Positions 15,901 to 29,160 are shown, numbered from the stretch's first letter. The stretch: 64,000 nucleotides of DNA from Lingula anatina (GCA_051362555.1 CM120641.1:36958401-37022400), one strand, 5' to 3'. The notes: generated by a model not told the origin, from the letters alone. Made by a program: numbers and translations.

Positions 15901-16024
15901 TAGCTGGAACTTCATAGTGCCTCTTTCTACGACATCGGTAGATTTGACAGATTATTACTGTCAGTATGACTGCACCACTCACATATACAACTGCACCTAT
16001 GAGAGGTGGCATTATGGGAAGCAT
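2590..16024 (-). CDS. DGKE: Diacylglycerol kinase epsilon-like, 9 coding exons, ~532 aa
   Basis: Phase-consistent GT-AG exons: 16024-15329, 15066-14923, 14518-14373, 14063-14009, 13714-13601, 5432-5361, 3575-3454, 3198-3087, 2727-2590 (TAA); 1599 nt in total. The protein has an N-terminal hydrophobic segment and two C1 domains (HRW..C..; [21 protein letters not shown]). Catalytic motifs are [20 protein letters not shown] and [11 protein letters not shown]. Accessory-domain motifs are [38 protein letters not shown] and [11 protein letters not shown] + 2xC1 + catalytic domain with nothing else is the type III (epsilon) architecture. Confidence 0.95.
5470..5568. repeat. (ATATT)n microsatellite
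   Basis: Pentanucleotide run next to the acceptor of DGKE exon 6. Confidence 0.95.
6461..6481. repeat. Short interstitial telomere-type repeat (CCCTAA)3
   Basis: CCCTAACCCTAACCCTAACCC. Confidence 0.7.
12890..12985. repeat. Interrupted (TG)n microsatellite
   Basis: Two TG runs separated by CACATGCA. Confidence 0.95.
13247..13372. repeat. Exact 63-bp tandem duplication in DGKE intron 5
   Basis: TCAAAACACAATCCAATCAGATTGTAACACATTTCTCATTAACCAAAAACAAAATGATTTCTT occurs twice in direct succession. Confidence 0.95.
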
Positions 16025-19000
16025 AAGGAGTTGGTTTAAATACAACCCAAAGTTAGATCATTTTCTGAGTTTTATAACTTGCAATAGTTAAATAAATATA
16101 CTGTATATAAAGACACATGTGGACTGTTACATGTATCCTGGACCATGTTTTTCTCAAAACTTTACTAATTCAACACAAGTGTTTCACACATCATCTTGAA
16201 TTTGTCAGTATCACAAAATAAACAGGCCAAAGCCAGCAGATAAATTTAAATGAACTCGAACTTGGAAGTCAGCTGGGGATCACTGCAAAACGTATTAATA
16301 TGTCTGAATACACGAAATCAGTTTACACGTGAGTGACGTATATAGCTGTCAGTGATAATTCACACATCTTTAGGCTTAAATGCCTATTTCATTATAATAT
16401 TAGAGCAAAAAGTTCAATCGTATCAGTGCTAATTATCATTTTTTTTATCACTAACGAGTAATGTCATTCATGGTTATTCTCAGTGATCACATGCATTGAC
16501 GCCGATGCAATCAGTACAAATCGCTCGCAGTTGTGAAAAGGATTCCACTCCCACTTCATCCTTTCCCCTCTTAGCGCACCTGTAAAAGGAAGTGGCCAGA
16601 AGGCGTCTGCCAGGAGCGTTGTTCTGCACTTCCCGACGAACAACAACAAAACGAAATCATGAATGAAGCAGATGAGTTCTTCCAATCCCACCATAGATGG
16701 CGCTTTACAACACGAGATCTTCTGGTCCGTTCCTGTGCCACGATGACGATTGTTTTTTTAACGAAAGCAGACACAGGGCAGTCTAACTAAATGTCACGAA
16801 TCTTTTTTAAATGGTAAAAAAAACATATTTTTACGTAAATTATTCTGGTCTTTAAGGCTGCTTGTATTTAAAGGACTCCTATTGAACAAGACGAATTCAA
16901 GTGTCCGAATTTTTCTTTCAAACACCTCATATTTTGTATTATATATTAGTACTTTGCTTCATGTAAAGGCGCAAGTCATTTTAGAACTAATCTCTCATTC
17001 CACTCACGGTAAATCGCCTATTTATATCGGTCCATCGCCCATTTGGTTGCGAATCGCTCTTTTCACGCAAAATAAATCCTCGTTGTTAGGTTTAACTAGA
17101 AAAGTAAATTTATGGTTGGTAGGCCTATATCAGTGAACGTTAAAACCAACAAACAGCTAACAAAAGTGTGTTTATTATATCTTGTTTATATTTATAAAAT
17201 TGTAATCGTGCATTTGACGCTGTTTTGGAAGTTCGCGTCGTGCTTATCCTTTTTAATGATAAAAATTGCCAAGAAGAGTAAAAATATAAAATTTAGGCCT
17301 TCTCTTAACCAGAAATATATATCAGAATAATTCTTGTTAGTTTTAATGATTAAAATAAATTGTTTTAACCGACCAAGTTCGTTTGAACGGCCAACATGGG
17401 ACTCTAGTAGGCTACAAATTCACGTTTTTTTTAAGACGGGATTGGTAGCGGTGTAAAAGTGTTAGGTGAATTTCACATGGATGGATTTTATAACCTGCAG
17501 CTGCATTCACTTGAAATATGACGATCGAAATATAAGTTTCCAAGAGGTGGCATCAAATGTCCCAACTGGCTGCCTTTGAGTGGATGTAAACGGTAATAAG
17601 TCATTTTGAAGTATCCATGATTTTATATTTAAACAAAAATCCTCTACTAAGAGTAAAAAGTGCCCAAAATGGGCCCTGTGAGGCTGTGACCTCAATGCTA
17701 TCGACCCACTTTCGATCTTTCCTTTCGACCGCCTAGTACATGTATATTACTGCCTCTCTTAACACAGCCATAGCTGATTATGACGCGATATCATAGATGT
17801 GGTGTCAATCGAGTATGCGATAAAAATTCTTACATATCGAAAATATCCAAGTCCTCCATCCTAAACTTAGTGACTTTATTATTAATATATTAATTTGATT
17901 AATTTATTTAATGCTTAATTCGAATCGTTCCGTCAACACGCTGGATTTTAAAAAGTGCATTTTTTCGTGGGGTGGGGGAAATCAAAAATGATCTCCCCTC
18001 TAGGAAATCCTGGATCCGCCCCTATATATTAAAGGTGGGCCCACCCCTTCACAAACATCAAGGGGCGTTGGGTTCTTACATCTACAGCGGAATATTTATG
18101 TATGATAGTTCGTTCTAGGGGCTCTAATCCAACTTAGGATAGTCTAGTTATGCCCGGAGAAAAAGTTACGCAACACCGCATTTTATTTCAGAAACCAAAA
18201 ATTAATTTTATTACCTGGACATTGCCTAGTTTTTTGGAAGAAATCTACGTGACAAAAATTGTCAAATATTCAATTAATTTTAAATGAGAAGGGGCAATTG
18301 AAAAGAAAATTTCGACTGATAATTAAACAAACCGCGTGCATAGGGATGCAACTCCATTAAAATTAATTTTCAAGTCTGGCGATTATTTTTCCATCTGTAC
18401 ACGCCTTCCATTTTTTTTTCTTTTTTTTTTTATGAAAAGAACAATTATAGAATATAGTTTTATTCAACTATTATATGCAGTAACATTCAATTTCAAAAGT
18501 ACTTCAGTACTCATTAATGAATCATGTAAACGCAATGTCACAATAAATTTTAGTACCCGATGCCCTCGGGCCGTGGGGAAAAACCCGTCTAAACCCTTCG
18601 TGGGGAATGCCGGCGGGAAAATGCCCACGCCCGGATACTTCAGTCTTTAAAACATAACTTCAGTATTTTTTTATTGGCACGGCTCCTTACAGTTCATAAA
18701 TATGGTGCAACTGAATAAACTTTCTCGTGACTACAAACTATTCTCCATATACATTGTACTCTATACTGGTACACAAGATGAAGTACAAGAATTTACCAGA
18801 GTACATGCAATTCCTACTGAAAGAGGTACTGAAGACGAGACATTTACTAGTCTCAATTTTAACTGAGGCTTATTTTCTAAAAAGAGGATGAAGTCATAAA
18901 TAAAGTAACTCGATCCTTGTACAACTGAAAGTATACATCAAAACTTGGATATACTTCTCTCTCATGATAAAATATATAAAATTTCAGGTAATATGTTTAT

Positions 19001-21324
19001 TAGCCATACATCAATGATTGAAATAAACTTTGACATATGATTGATTAGAAGTTTCTCAAATGTAATGATTCAAGCAAAGAACAAAGCAAGCTTGCTTCGA
19101 CATATTTCACATTACCTTGTATGACCGTCCATGCAAATTTCAATATGGATTTTGGGGTCCGAAGAAAAAAGGTGCATACATGATGAATTGGAAATATTTG
19201 TCAACTATAACACTTGAGAAAATCATAATATTAGTATATTAGTATTGTGCGATCCTCGATCTTGAGAGATGACTGTGTGCACCCAGCCATCCCTCACGAG
19301 GAGCAGACTGTGTACAAAAATATAATGAAATATTTTCTCAAACAAAACATTTCATTATAGATTTTGCACAAGCTATCAATGTAAAACCTCTTCATGTAAA
19401 AGCATTTACATCAAGTCGGATTTTACAAAGATGTTAGGGTTAGTTGAGGTAAGTGTGCGGACTATGATCTTCTCAAACGCTATACTGACGAACAACTCCA
19501 CATCATCAAAAGCACAAATATGAAAAATGACTACATCACTAAGATTGAAATAAAACACAGACGACCATAAGTGGTGGTAATACCAATGCTTTGCGAGCGA
19601 AAACCTATCTGCATAAGAATGTGGATAAAGCAACTGGATATTCTGTTTTAAATTTTAATAATAACTGTTGAGGCAGTCTTAAAATTTTCACACAGAACCA
19701 CAATTCATCTTATTCAATTGAACATTTATGGAATTATGACTGATCATACTGAACTTCAGTTTTCTCTTAAGCTATTGGAATAAAATGTTTCACTGTCATA
19801 AGTGAAGAAATTAAACTTACTAAATATAATTTCATATAACTTATATCTGTGACCCATGAAGCGCAAAAATTGTCAATATATAAAAAGACTCAAGTCCATT
19901 ATTAGATTGTATTCCTCTTACATTCAGTAAATCGCTCTTCATTATCATTCCACATTCTCTAAATTTTTGCAGACAAGCTGTGTCCTTAAAAACCAAGACT
20001 GCTAGGACGCCCGATCATCAATGAAAGTGGCTACGGGAGCTTGTTGTTAGCACCATTAAGTGTTTCGCATCTTGGACATTTGGGCTAGGATTGATGGTAT
20101 CTGCGTTCGGGCATTATATCTAGAAAAATGTCCTTTCGTAGCCTACAATTGAAATGCAAAATGTTCACACAAAAGTATGAAAGTAATTGAAAGCTTGGAG
20201 TAATTGCAACAAAGAACATGTATGTCACTGGTAATTACACGCCGTTAATTCTAGTATATTGATGTTTCATAATGCTTTGGTTCTTAACACGATTATTATT
20301 TATTTTATTTCTACAACACAACACAAGAAAACCACATTATGATTTAGTTAGAGCGCTAAGATTCTACAAAAAGAAAGTGACTAGAAAATAAGAGGGATAA
20401 AGGAAGGAATACACAGTATGAATCACGAAAACGCCTAATTATCTAAACAATATAAACAGATGAAAATACTCGCTCACCTGTACGATGGTCTCTTAGTTCC
20501 ACAACCGTAGCACTGAAGGCGAGGTTGGGGGATAGTAGCTCCTAGCATTCTAGACCAGAGACAACGTAACGTGTGTCACATTGCAACTGATGAAGATCTG
20601 AAAGTTGGCCGATAGGATCTCAAAGTATTTTCCATGAGTGATTTTTTTTTAAAGTTTGTGACAAATTAAAAGAACTTTTGGATTCTAAAATGTCTGCTAT
20701 ATGAATTTCCTTGAGTAAATTATAAATGGAAAACAAATGTCTACATTTAGTGGCTAGACAACAGTTTCCAAACAGTACAATTTAAAACGATGTTGTCTTA
20801 GGTGTTGCACAAAATGCCCAGTTTGTTGAATTTGCATTGACAAAAGATGTGTAATATATATAGAATAAATGACAATTAAGTTCATTGTTCACCCTCTACC
20901 CTGGCCCATAACTCACCTTGAAGGGTCCTAAATACGAAAGGTATCACAACTAGGCAAGGACTCTTGAAATTCCATATGCTGATATCGCTTTCTCCATTTT
21001 AACCTTATGAAAGTTGACCATCATCAGCCCAGGCGCTCACCAATGCTATTCTGCCTCAACTTCAAAACAGAAATTTAGAAGACCTTAGTTTCCCTATTTA
21101 CCTCTTCTCCCTACCCAACCAACTAACCTTAATTCTTTTTATTCCAGAAGTAGATCAAGGACAAGATACACTGCCTTATGAAAGTGAGCTGTAAAATCAA
21201 TGCGGCTATGGGTTTTATCTCAGGAATTTTGTAAGGTAAAAATGGCTGATGTGTATTATTCTCTGCAATAATATGACTAACTTTTTACGGCTTGGAAGAT
21301 TTCCATTTTCAAGACATCATATGC

Positions 21325-21475
21325 TTCTGATGTTCCCCCATGCAGCCACCTGATAAACAGACCATGGCTGGAATCTTCTTACGAAAAATGGGAGCTCTAT
21401 CTGGACTTGCCGTAATCGAATTCTGTAAATAGAAAGGAAAAACAACATAAGTTTTTCCCTGTACCTCCCTCTCCC
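21325..21475. repeat. Diverged partial monomer of the 22.0-24.45 kb array unit
   Basis: It shares TTCCCCCATGCAGCCACCT..ACAGACCATGGCTGGA, GGAGCTCTATC and GCCGTAATCGAATTCTGT-AAA..GAAAGGAAAAAC with the array unit. Confidence 0.8.
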
Positions 21476-21999
21476 AATGTACTAGCTTTGAAAAGTGGTT
21501 TATCCCAAAAGGGAGATTAATAGAAATCATTTTCATGGTAACAGTGGATCGTTTCATAACAGTGTATGGTTAACGGCTTTTCTACCAGAATTTTGAAATG
21601 AAAACCATATTAGTTGTCAAGCATCTTAGGGATTCATTTCGAGTGACAGGGGGCTACCCCATGAAAGTGTTTAGGGCCTTAGCAATGCTATCAACTTTTC
21701 TCACCTCAAAATATATATGAATTTTTAGCATAAATTGGTTTTTAAGAAAAATAATTAGATGCTTGTTTTCTATCAATCTGACTTTACTTCAACATTTTAA
21801 GGTACGAACAAAAGTGAACTATTGTCTAGTTTGTTTAATTTCCATAAATTGTGTATTTAAAGCGGTCTGCTGCATAATTAGTTAACTTAAAATAGTAATT
21901 AGTTTTATTGGAAGAACGAAATTGCAATCATTTGATATCAGGAATAACTGCTCCATTTTAATCCTTTTGGTCTAAAATTAAAGACTAACTTTAAAGGGT

Positions 22000-24452
22000 T
22001 TTCCATCTCAGTGAAACATATGCCTTGGACGCTTCCCCAATGCAGCCACCTCGTAGGCAGAACATGGCAGGACTCGCTGGACGCTTCCCCAAGGCAGCCA
22101 CCTCGTAGACAGATTATGGCTGGACTCGCTGGATGCTTCCCCAATGCAGCCACCTCGTAGACAGGCTATGGTTGGATTCGCTGGCACCAAGGATTGATCG
22201 AAGTAGCTGAAGTGTAGATGTGGCCCTATTCTTCTTGCAGTTGCCAGTTGGAGCTCTATCGAGAATCGCCATAATTGAGTTCTGTTAAAAGAAAGAAAAA
22301 CAGATTAATTACTTTTCCTACCTATGACAGCACTCTGCATTCGTGCTTACCTTCAAAGATGTTCCATCTCAGTGAAACACCACACGCCTTGGACGCTTCC
22401 CCAATGCAGCCACTTCGTAGACTGACCATGTCAGGACTCGCTGGACGCTTCCCAATGCAGACATCTCGTAGACAGACCATGACAGGACTGGCTGGACGCT
22501 TTCCCAATGCAGCCACCTCGTAGACAGACCATGGCAGGACTCGCTGGATGCTTCCCCAATGCAGACACCTCGTAGACAGGCTATGGCAGGACTCGCTGGC
22601 GCCAAGGATTGATGGATGTAGCCGAGGTGTAGATGTGGCCTTCTCCTTGCAGTTCTCAGTTGGAGCTCTATCGAGAATCGCCATAATCCAGTTCTGTTAA
22701 AAGAAAGAAAAACAGATTAATTACTTTTCCTACCTATGACAGCACTCTGCATTCGTGCTTACCTTCAAAGATGTTCCATCTCAGTGAAACACCACATGCC
22801 TTGGACGCTTCCCCCAGTGCAGACACCTCGAAGACAGACCATTGATAGGACATACTGGACGCTTCCCCAATGCAGCCACCTCGTAGACGGACCATGGCAG
22901 GACTCGCTGGACGCTTCCCCAATGCAGACACCTCGTAGACAGGCTATGGCAGGACTCGCTGGCACCAAGGATTGATCGATGCAGCTGAGGTGTAGATGTG
23001 GCCCTCTTCTCCTTGCAGTTGTCAGTTGGAGCTCTATCGAGAATCGCCATAATCGAGTTCTGTTAAAAGAAAGAAAGACAGATTAATTACTTTTCCTACC
23101 TATGACAGCACTCTGCATTCGTGCTTACCTTCAAAGATGTTCCATCTCAGTGAAACACCACACGCCTTGGACGCTTCCCCAATGCAGCCACTTCGTAGAC
23201 TGACCATGACAGGACTGGCTGGATGCTTCCCCAATGCAGCCACCTCGTAGACAGACCATGACAGGACTCGCTGGATGCTTCCCCAATGCAGACACCTCGT
23301 AGACAGGCTATGGCAGGACTCGCTGGCGCCAAGGATTGATGGATGTAGCTGAGGTGTAGATGTGGCCCTCTTCTCCTTGCAGTTGTCAGTTGAAGCTCTA
23401 TCGAGAATCGCCATAATCGAGTTCTGTTAAAAGAAAGAAAAACAGATTAATTACTTTTCCTACCTATGACAGCACTCTGCATTCGTGCTTACCTTCAAAG
23501 ATGTTCCATCTCAGTGAAACACCACATGCCTTGGACGCTTCCCCCAGTGCAGACACCTCGAAGACAGACCACTGACAGGACTCACTGGACGCTTCCCCAA
23601 TGCAGCCACCTCGTAGACAGACCATGGCAGGACTCGCTGGACGCTTCCCCAATGCAGACACCTCGTAGACAGGTTATGGCAGGACTCGCTGGCACCAAGG
23701 ATTGATCGATATAGCTGAGGTGTAGATGTGGCCCTCTTCTCCTTGCAGTTGTCAGTTGGAGCTCTATCGAGAATCGCCATAATCGAGTTCTGTTAAAAGA
23801 AAGAAAGACAGATTAATTACTTTTCCTACCTATGACAGCACTCTGCATTCGTGCTTACCTTCAAAGATTTTCCATCTCAGTGAAACACCACATGCCTTGG
23901 ACGCTTCCCCAATGCAGCCAACTCGTAGTCTATGGCAGGACTCGCTGGACGCTTCCCCAATGCAGCCACCTCGTAGACAGACCACGACCGGACTCGCTGG
24001 ATGCTTCCCCAATGCAAGCACCTCGTAGACAGGCTATGGCAGGACTCGCTGGCACCAAGGATTGATCGAAGTAGCTTAAGTGTAGATGTGGCCCTCTTCT
24101 CCTTGCAGTCGTCAGTTGGAGCTCTATCGAGAATCGCCATAATCGAGTTCTGTTAAAAGAAAGAAAGACAGATTAATTACTTTTCCTACCTATGACAGCA
24201 CTCTGCATTCGTGCTTACCTTCAAAGATTTTCCATCTCAGTGAAACACCGCATGCCATGGACGCTTCCCCAGTGCAGACACCTCGTAGACGGGCTGTGGC
24301 AGGGCTCGCTGGCACCAAAGATTGATCAATGCAGCTGAAGTGTAGACGTGGCCCTCTTCTCCTTGCAGTCGCAAGTGGGCGCTCTATCGAGAATCGCCGT
24401 AATCGAGTTCTGTTAAAAGAAAGAAAAACGGTTAATGACTTTTCTTACCTAT
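22000..24452. repeat. Nested tandem array: 7 units (internal spacings 412, 366, 364, 366, 360 bp) holding 20 copies of a ~52-bp subrepeat
   Basis: The marker CTATGACAGCACTCTG recurs at 22322, 22734, 23100, 23464, 23830 and 24190. Subrepeat consensus is GGACGCTTCCCCAATGCAGCCACCTCGTAGACAGACCATGGCAGGACTCGCT, with 3, 4, 3, 3, 3, 3 and 1 copies per unit. Confidence 0.97.
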
Positions 24453-26129
24453 GTATGTAATAATAAGAAACCTGCAATGCATGAAATATATGCAAAGACA
24501 CTACAACAATATAGCCCACAACAGCAGAAAGCCGATGAAATATCCTGCGAAGATTCCTGAGCGACGATTCCTGAGCGACGTGGAGAGAAGCGAAGGTTTT
24601 AGCTGGCCAGCTTAGAGAAACGTCGAATCCACCGTCCTTGCGTGTGTAAGAAACAACATGAGCGATGCGCTGACATGGGACGAGGAAAAGATTCGGAGAA
24701 ATGCGAGTTGACTCCAGTGTCCTTTTTGCTTGATACGGGGCGCAGTAGGCCTACGTGTCATCCTTCTTGCTGCTCCAGATCTGTCTGCGTTGAATGAACG
24801 AAATTTCAAAATTTTGCGCTTTTATACCTTCAGTGATATAAAGTCACATGGTGGCGTTCCTGGTCAACTTGTTCATGGGGGGGTGGCGTTTGATAGTCAT
24901 GCCTATAACTGATTATAATACCTTTTTAACCTACACATATTATATTAAATACTTTTTATTTTGAATAATGTGTTTATCATTTTATTTGATAATTAGAGTA
25001 ATAAGTACTAAGCAGTGACTTAGAAATGTACATGCAAATTTGTTGACATTTCCGAGCAACACCTTCTCCCCAAAATTATGATAGGCCCGATGTCCGTTAA
25101 ACTGGTACAGGTAGTCGCGAACTTCTCGCAGGCCACTACAGAATGTGTGTATTCGAACACTGATCCAAAATGTGGATAATATAATAGGGCGTAGGGTGAC
25201 TGCATTTTCGAGGCAGTCTGGGGGAGCATGATTGTTTTGATTGTAGTGAATTGTAGTGAGTACACTGGACTTAGCATATACAGCCACCTCAGTGCTCTAA
25301 AACATATTTTGTAATCAACTAAGTTGTTATTCTTTGAAATTTTGTGATTTTACGAAACGAAAGAAAGCAGCAGTAGGTCACATGAAATGTCTTGATTAAC
25401 TTATACCAGGTAGCAGAAACAAATGAATATTTTTTGCATATAAAAGATCTACTGATATAGGTAATAATTAACAACGGACGCCTCCATTAATGGCTTCGGG
25501 TTACCAGCACTCTGATGCCAGAAGCAAGAGTAGAGAGGGAAAAACGAATAAGACAGTGAGGTAAAAATTGAAATTAAACATTTCTCATTTACACGTTTAC
25601 TTTATCCCCTTAAACCTTAGTTGAAAACTGCACTTTTTAAAACGCATTTTAACATTGTTATAAGTCTGAATCGTCACTGGCCTTCTTTCACATCTCCCTG
25701 GCGATCACCCAACCTAAGTTGTCGAACACTAGAGCTTACATGCTAATAGGTAAATTGCTCATTATCAATGTTTTCATGGTCAGGCACATGATAGCTCGAT
25801 TTGTGTTTTTTAAGTGATTTGGTCGACACTGCATGAAAATCAAACTCTGGAATTGCTTCACCTGCCACGAGAACACTCACTGATTCTCAATTTATTGGTC
25901 CATTTAGCATTTAAACAAATTAAGAAGAATTAATGAGAGAAGATTTGTTTGTCCAAGTGGAATTTTACATACATCACTCTTACAACTTTTAAAAAATCAC
26001 TGCAAAAAATTTACAACATTTTACTGTTGTTCGCAACGCCATCTCACACTTTAATCTAATGTACAAAATCAAGAAGCGAGTATGATGTCTCAGAAAATTC
26101 CTATGTTTATGTTTAGTTTAAATAACACA

Positions 26130-26930
26130 ATAAAAAGATCGCCGCTACGTTCGCGGTGTCACCTGGGTTTTTAAAATTGAAAAAAAAAATCGTGCGGTCT
26201 TTTGCTGCAAGTCATTATTTTTGGTTTTTTGTAATATTTCAGCCATTTAAAGAATCTTAAGTTATATCCATGATTAACTAGACGATATAATGACAGGACA
26301 CAGTTAATTGTTTTAGACGAAACTGCATTTTCATAGACAGTAATTTGCAAAACTTTCGTTAACAGGCATTGTGAAAAGTATACTTGAAGTTGAGGACAAA
26401 ATGTGCCAGTTAAATAAATGTGCATCTCGTGAGCCCTTTAGAGCAGTCTAATTTTTGTTAGTATGAATAACGTGCGAATATTATCCAAAATAGTTGTTTT
26501 TTTAACCTTCTTTACTGAATACGAAAACTTTCCACACTAGCAAGACATGAATCGGAAAATGTTTGCATTATTACACAAAAAGCTACATTTATCACTTTCT
26601 GTCACAATAGGTTAAGAAAAAGTAGAAAACGCGATCCCTTCCTTCCCGCTACTCGACACTCTAGGTAAAAAACGTTTCACAAAAAATCACTGTAAATGCA
26701 TTTCCTTGAAATGTGTTATCAGTGTTGCATATGTGCTGAAAAAAGAGAAGAAAACAGCATAACTTTTGAAAAAATGGTCTGATCCTGCTGATTTGCGAAC
26801 TCGACCTGTATTTTATGAATATTCATATGTTCCATAAAATTTGAAGACAAAAGGTAAAACATTTTCCACTTCTCGTGTTATCGGTGAAAGTGCACGTCGA
26901 AGACAGACGCAGGTGACGGCTATATGTACA
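26130..26930 (-). mobile_element. Probable Helentron-associated (HINE-like) element
   Basis: A-rich end, hairpin CCGC-TACGTTC-GCGG, and then GTCACCTG (~26158) inverted against CAGGTGAC (~26910). This is the same layout as the 59.0-kb element. The inverted repeat is short and the boundaries are approximate. Confidence 0.5.
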
Positions 26931-27412
26931 GAAACATCTGTGTCTATATTAAAACTATAAAAAAAAAACATTTCATTTCCAGATGTTAAAATACGACGGT
27001 GTCTCTACAGCAGTCTGGGTGTCTCAACCGATTGTGCTGATTGTTGTGATGTCGATTATTTTAGAAAGTCAGTTAAAACAAAAGTACGTCACTTTTTAAG
27101 CCAGGCTCACCCGGTTGTGTGTATTTTCTGACAATATAGCAGAATAAATGCGTTAGAGGTGATCTGAGGGGAAGTATATATCAGATATATCATTTGTCAT
27201 TTAGACCTTTATTGCGTCCCAGGTGTTTTTAATACCCGTGCGTACACAAAATTGATTTCAGGAAGATGCTCATCTCGCTCTTTTCAGTCATATTCTATCA
27301 TTTCAGTAAATTTCTACCATCAATGCTTTTTAAAATTATTATTTTGTAACAGAATGTAGGCATCCTTTCATAAGTACACCACAGAGGCGTAACAAATCCC
27401 GTAGACGGGTAA

Positions 27413-27607
27413 AGCCTAGATTACATTTAAAATGCGGTGCCCGTGCGGTTGCACGTATACTGCCTTTAATACCCTTTTCGTACAGAATCGTACGGATTTA
27501 AGGCCATGCAATGTAGACATACTCGGCGTAGCCTGTAGCTCCTTACGATTAAAAAAATAGCACGGACAATTTCATCGGACGGTGCCTATGTAAATGTAAT
27601 CTAGGCT
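27413..27607. mobile_element. PIF/Harbinger-type MITE, 195 bp
   Basis: Perfect 17-bp TIRs (AGCCTAGATTACATTTA / TAAATGTAATCTAGGCT) with a TAA target-site duplication at 27410-27412 and 27608-27610. Confidence 0.85.
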
Positions 27608-28917
27608 TAACTCACAAAGGTCTTTTAGCTGCTACAAAATTGTATAAGATAGAGTATATAGAAGGTTTGGAGTCAAGGCAATTGGGTTGCTGCCCTAATC
27701 TAATGTGAGGAGATCAATATAATTCATAATTATGGGAAAAGCGAGAAAATGTCCATCTCTGGTGGGGCGGGGAGGGGGGGGGACAAAGGAGTGAACGAGT
27801 CAGCACATTTGCGTGCTTTGTTAATTGTTACCGTCACATCGGGAATCTCAGGGCTTCCGTAGTGAGCAGACTATGGTCTGTGTCCCCGGTCAAATATGCG
27901 AGGACACAAAAACGGGGAACACAACCCATTTTAAATGCACAACAATTCATTCCACCCACAAGTCGAATATCTAAATATCCATTTTGTATTGTGTATGAGC
28001 AATACGTGGGGCATTAAAAAAGCCTTACATATGTCAGGACCTTAATTGTGTTGGTTAGAAATAGACCTATATGCTTTGACTCACTCAGAAATGGCCAGCT
28101 CCCACGGCTTATTTTAGACACCAGCCGACAAATGCATGTCGTAGACGTGCCAGAGATGTTAATGTCCTGTCGTTGGAAAAAGCTTAGCCTTAACTTGGGT
28201 AGCAATTGCCATGTAGGCATCTATTTAAAGATTGTCAGATGTGAAAATTATCAGACCTATTTCACGTAGTGGTTTTGCGGTAAGGGGGCAACTCTATATC
28301 AGGGCTACGTGGTTTGAAATGATATATCTAAAATAGAAACAATATGTTAATTGTTATATCTTTAAGTACAGTGTCTTTATTTTAGAAATGTTAGTGCCTT
28401 TGTTTAAAAAGACGAATAGAATATAACCAACCGCATTTAATTCTTGTTTAGGGCAAATATTCTAACCAAACAGTCCTTAAAGAAATATCGTTTTGGTGTG
28501 AAGAAGGATATTTATTTACTGACCACGGTGTATCAACAGGCTATTAAGGCCTCTACACCGTCGCTTCACATTATCATATGTGACAGAAAACTAAGAATTC
28601 AATTTTTTCAAAGACATGTTTTGTCATATCATGTCGTCTGTTTAAGATAGAGTACGTTATTTGAGGACAGATGCGTTGCAACGCACCACGGCGCGAGATT
28701 TAGGGAAGTTTCAATTGGCTCACAATTGGACTATGATTTAAATTTTCATGTAAATAACGTAATATGGATTAAAAAAACTCAATTTTTACTTAAATATCAA
28801 ACAAAGAAAGCCCAAGCTTTACACGAAAACAAAGACCAACTTTAAACACCATAAATTTGTTGCCAGTCATTTATACTCAGAAGAAGTCAACATTTTAGTT
28901 CCCTCCCCTCCCCCCCA

Positions 28918-28920
<3 letters not shown>

Positions 28921-28968
<48 letters not shown>
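28921..28968. repeat. (AC)n microsatellite
   Basis: Seen directly in the sequence. Confidence 0.95.
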
Positions 28969-28970
<2 letters not shown>

Positions 28971-29160
28971 ACACGCAGCAGCTGCCATCATCCTCAAATC
29001 TCTGGTCCTGAGGGTGTTTCTTCTGCATGAAAAAGAGGCATTGAGAATATGGTGGGTGAGGGAGAAGGAGAAGCTCGAACTCAGAGACAGAAACGCGCAC
29101 AGATTACATCGCAACTCGGCTGGACGAGCAAGGAGTTCCAGTGAAGTACAACCACGACTG

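Noticed and set aside
20479-20597. Exon-like segment on the minus strand with AG/GT ends
   Set aside because: Stops in all three frames. It could only be a non-coding exon and has no independent support.
22000-24452. Array as a CRISPR locus or as protein-coding ORFs
   Set aside because: There are no unique spacers and no cas genes, and the context is eukaryotic. The 52-bp period shifts frame every copy, so the many short ORFs are repeat artefacts.
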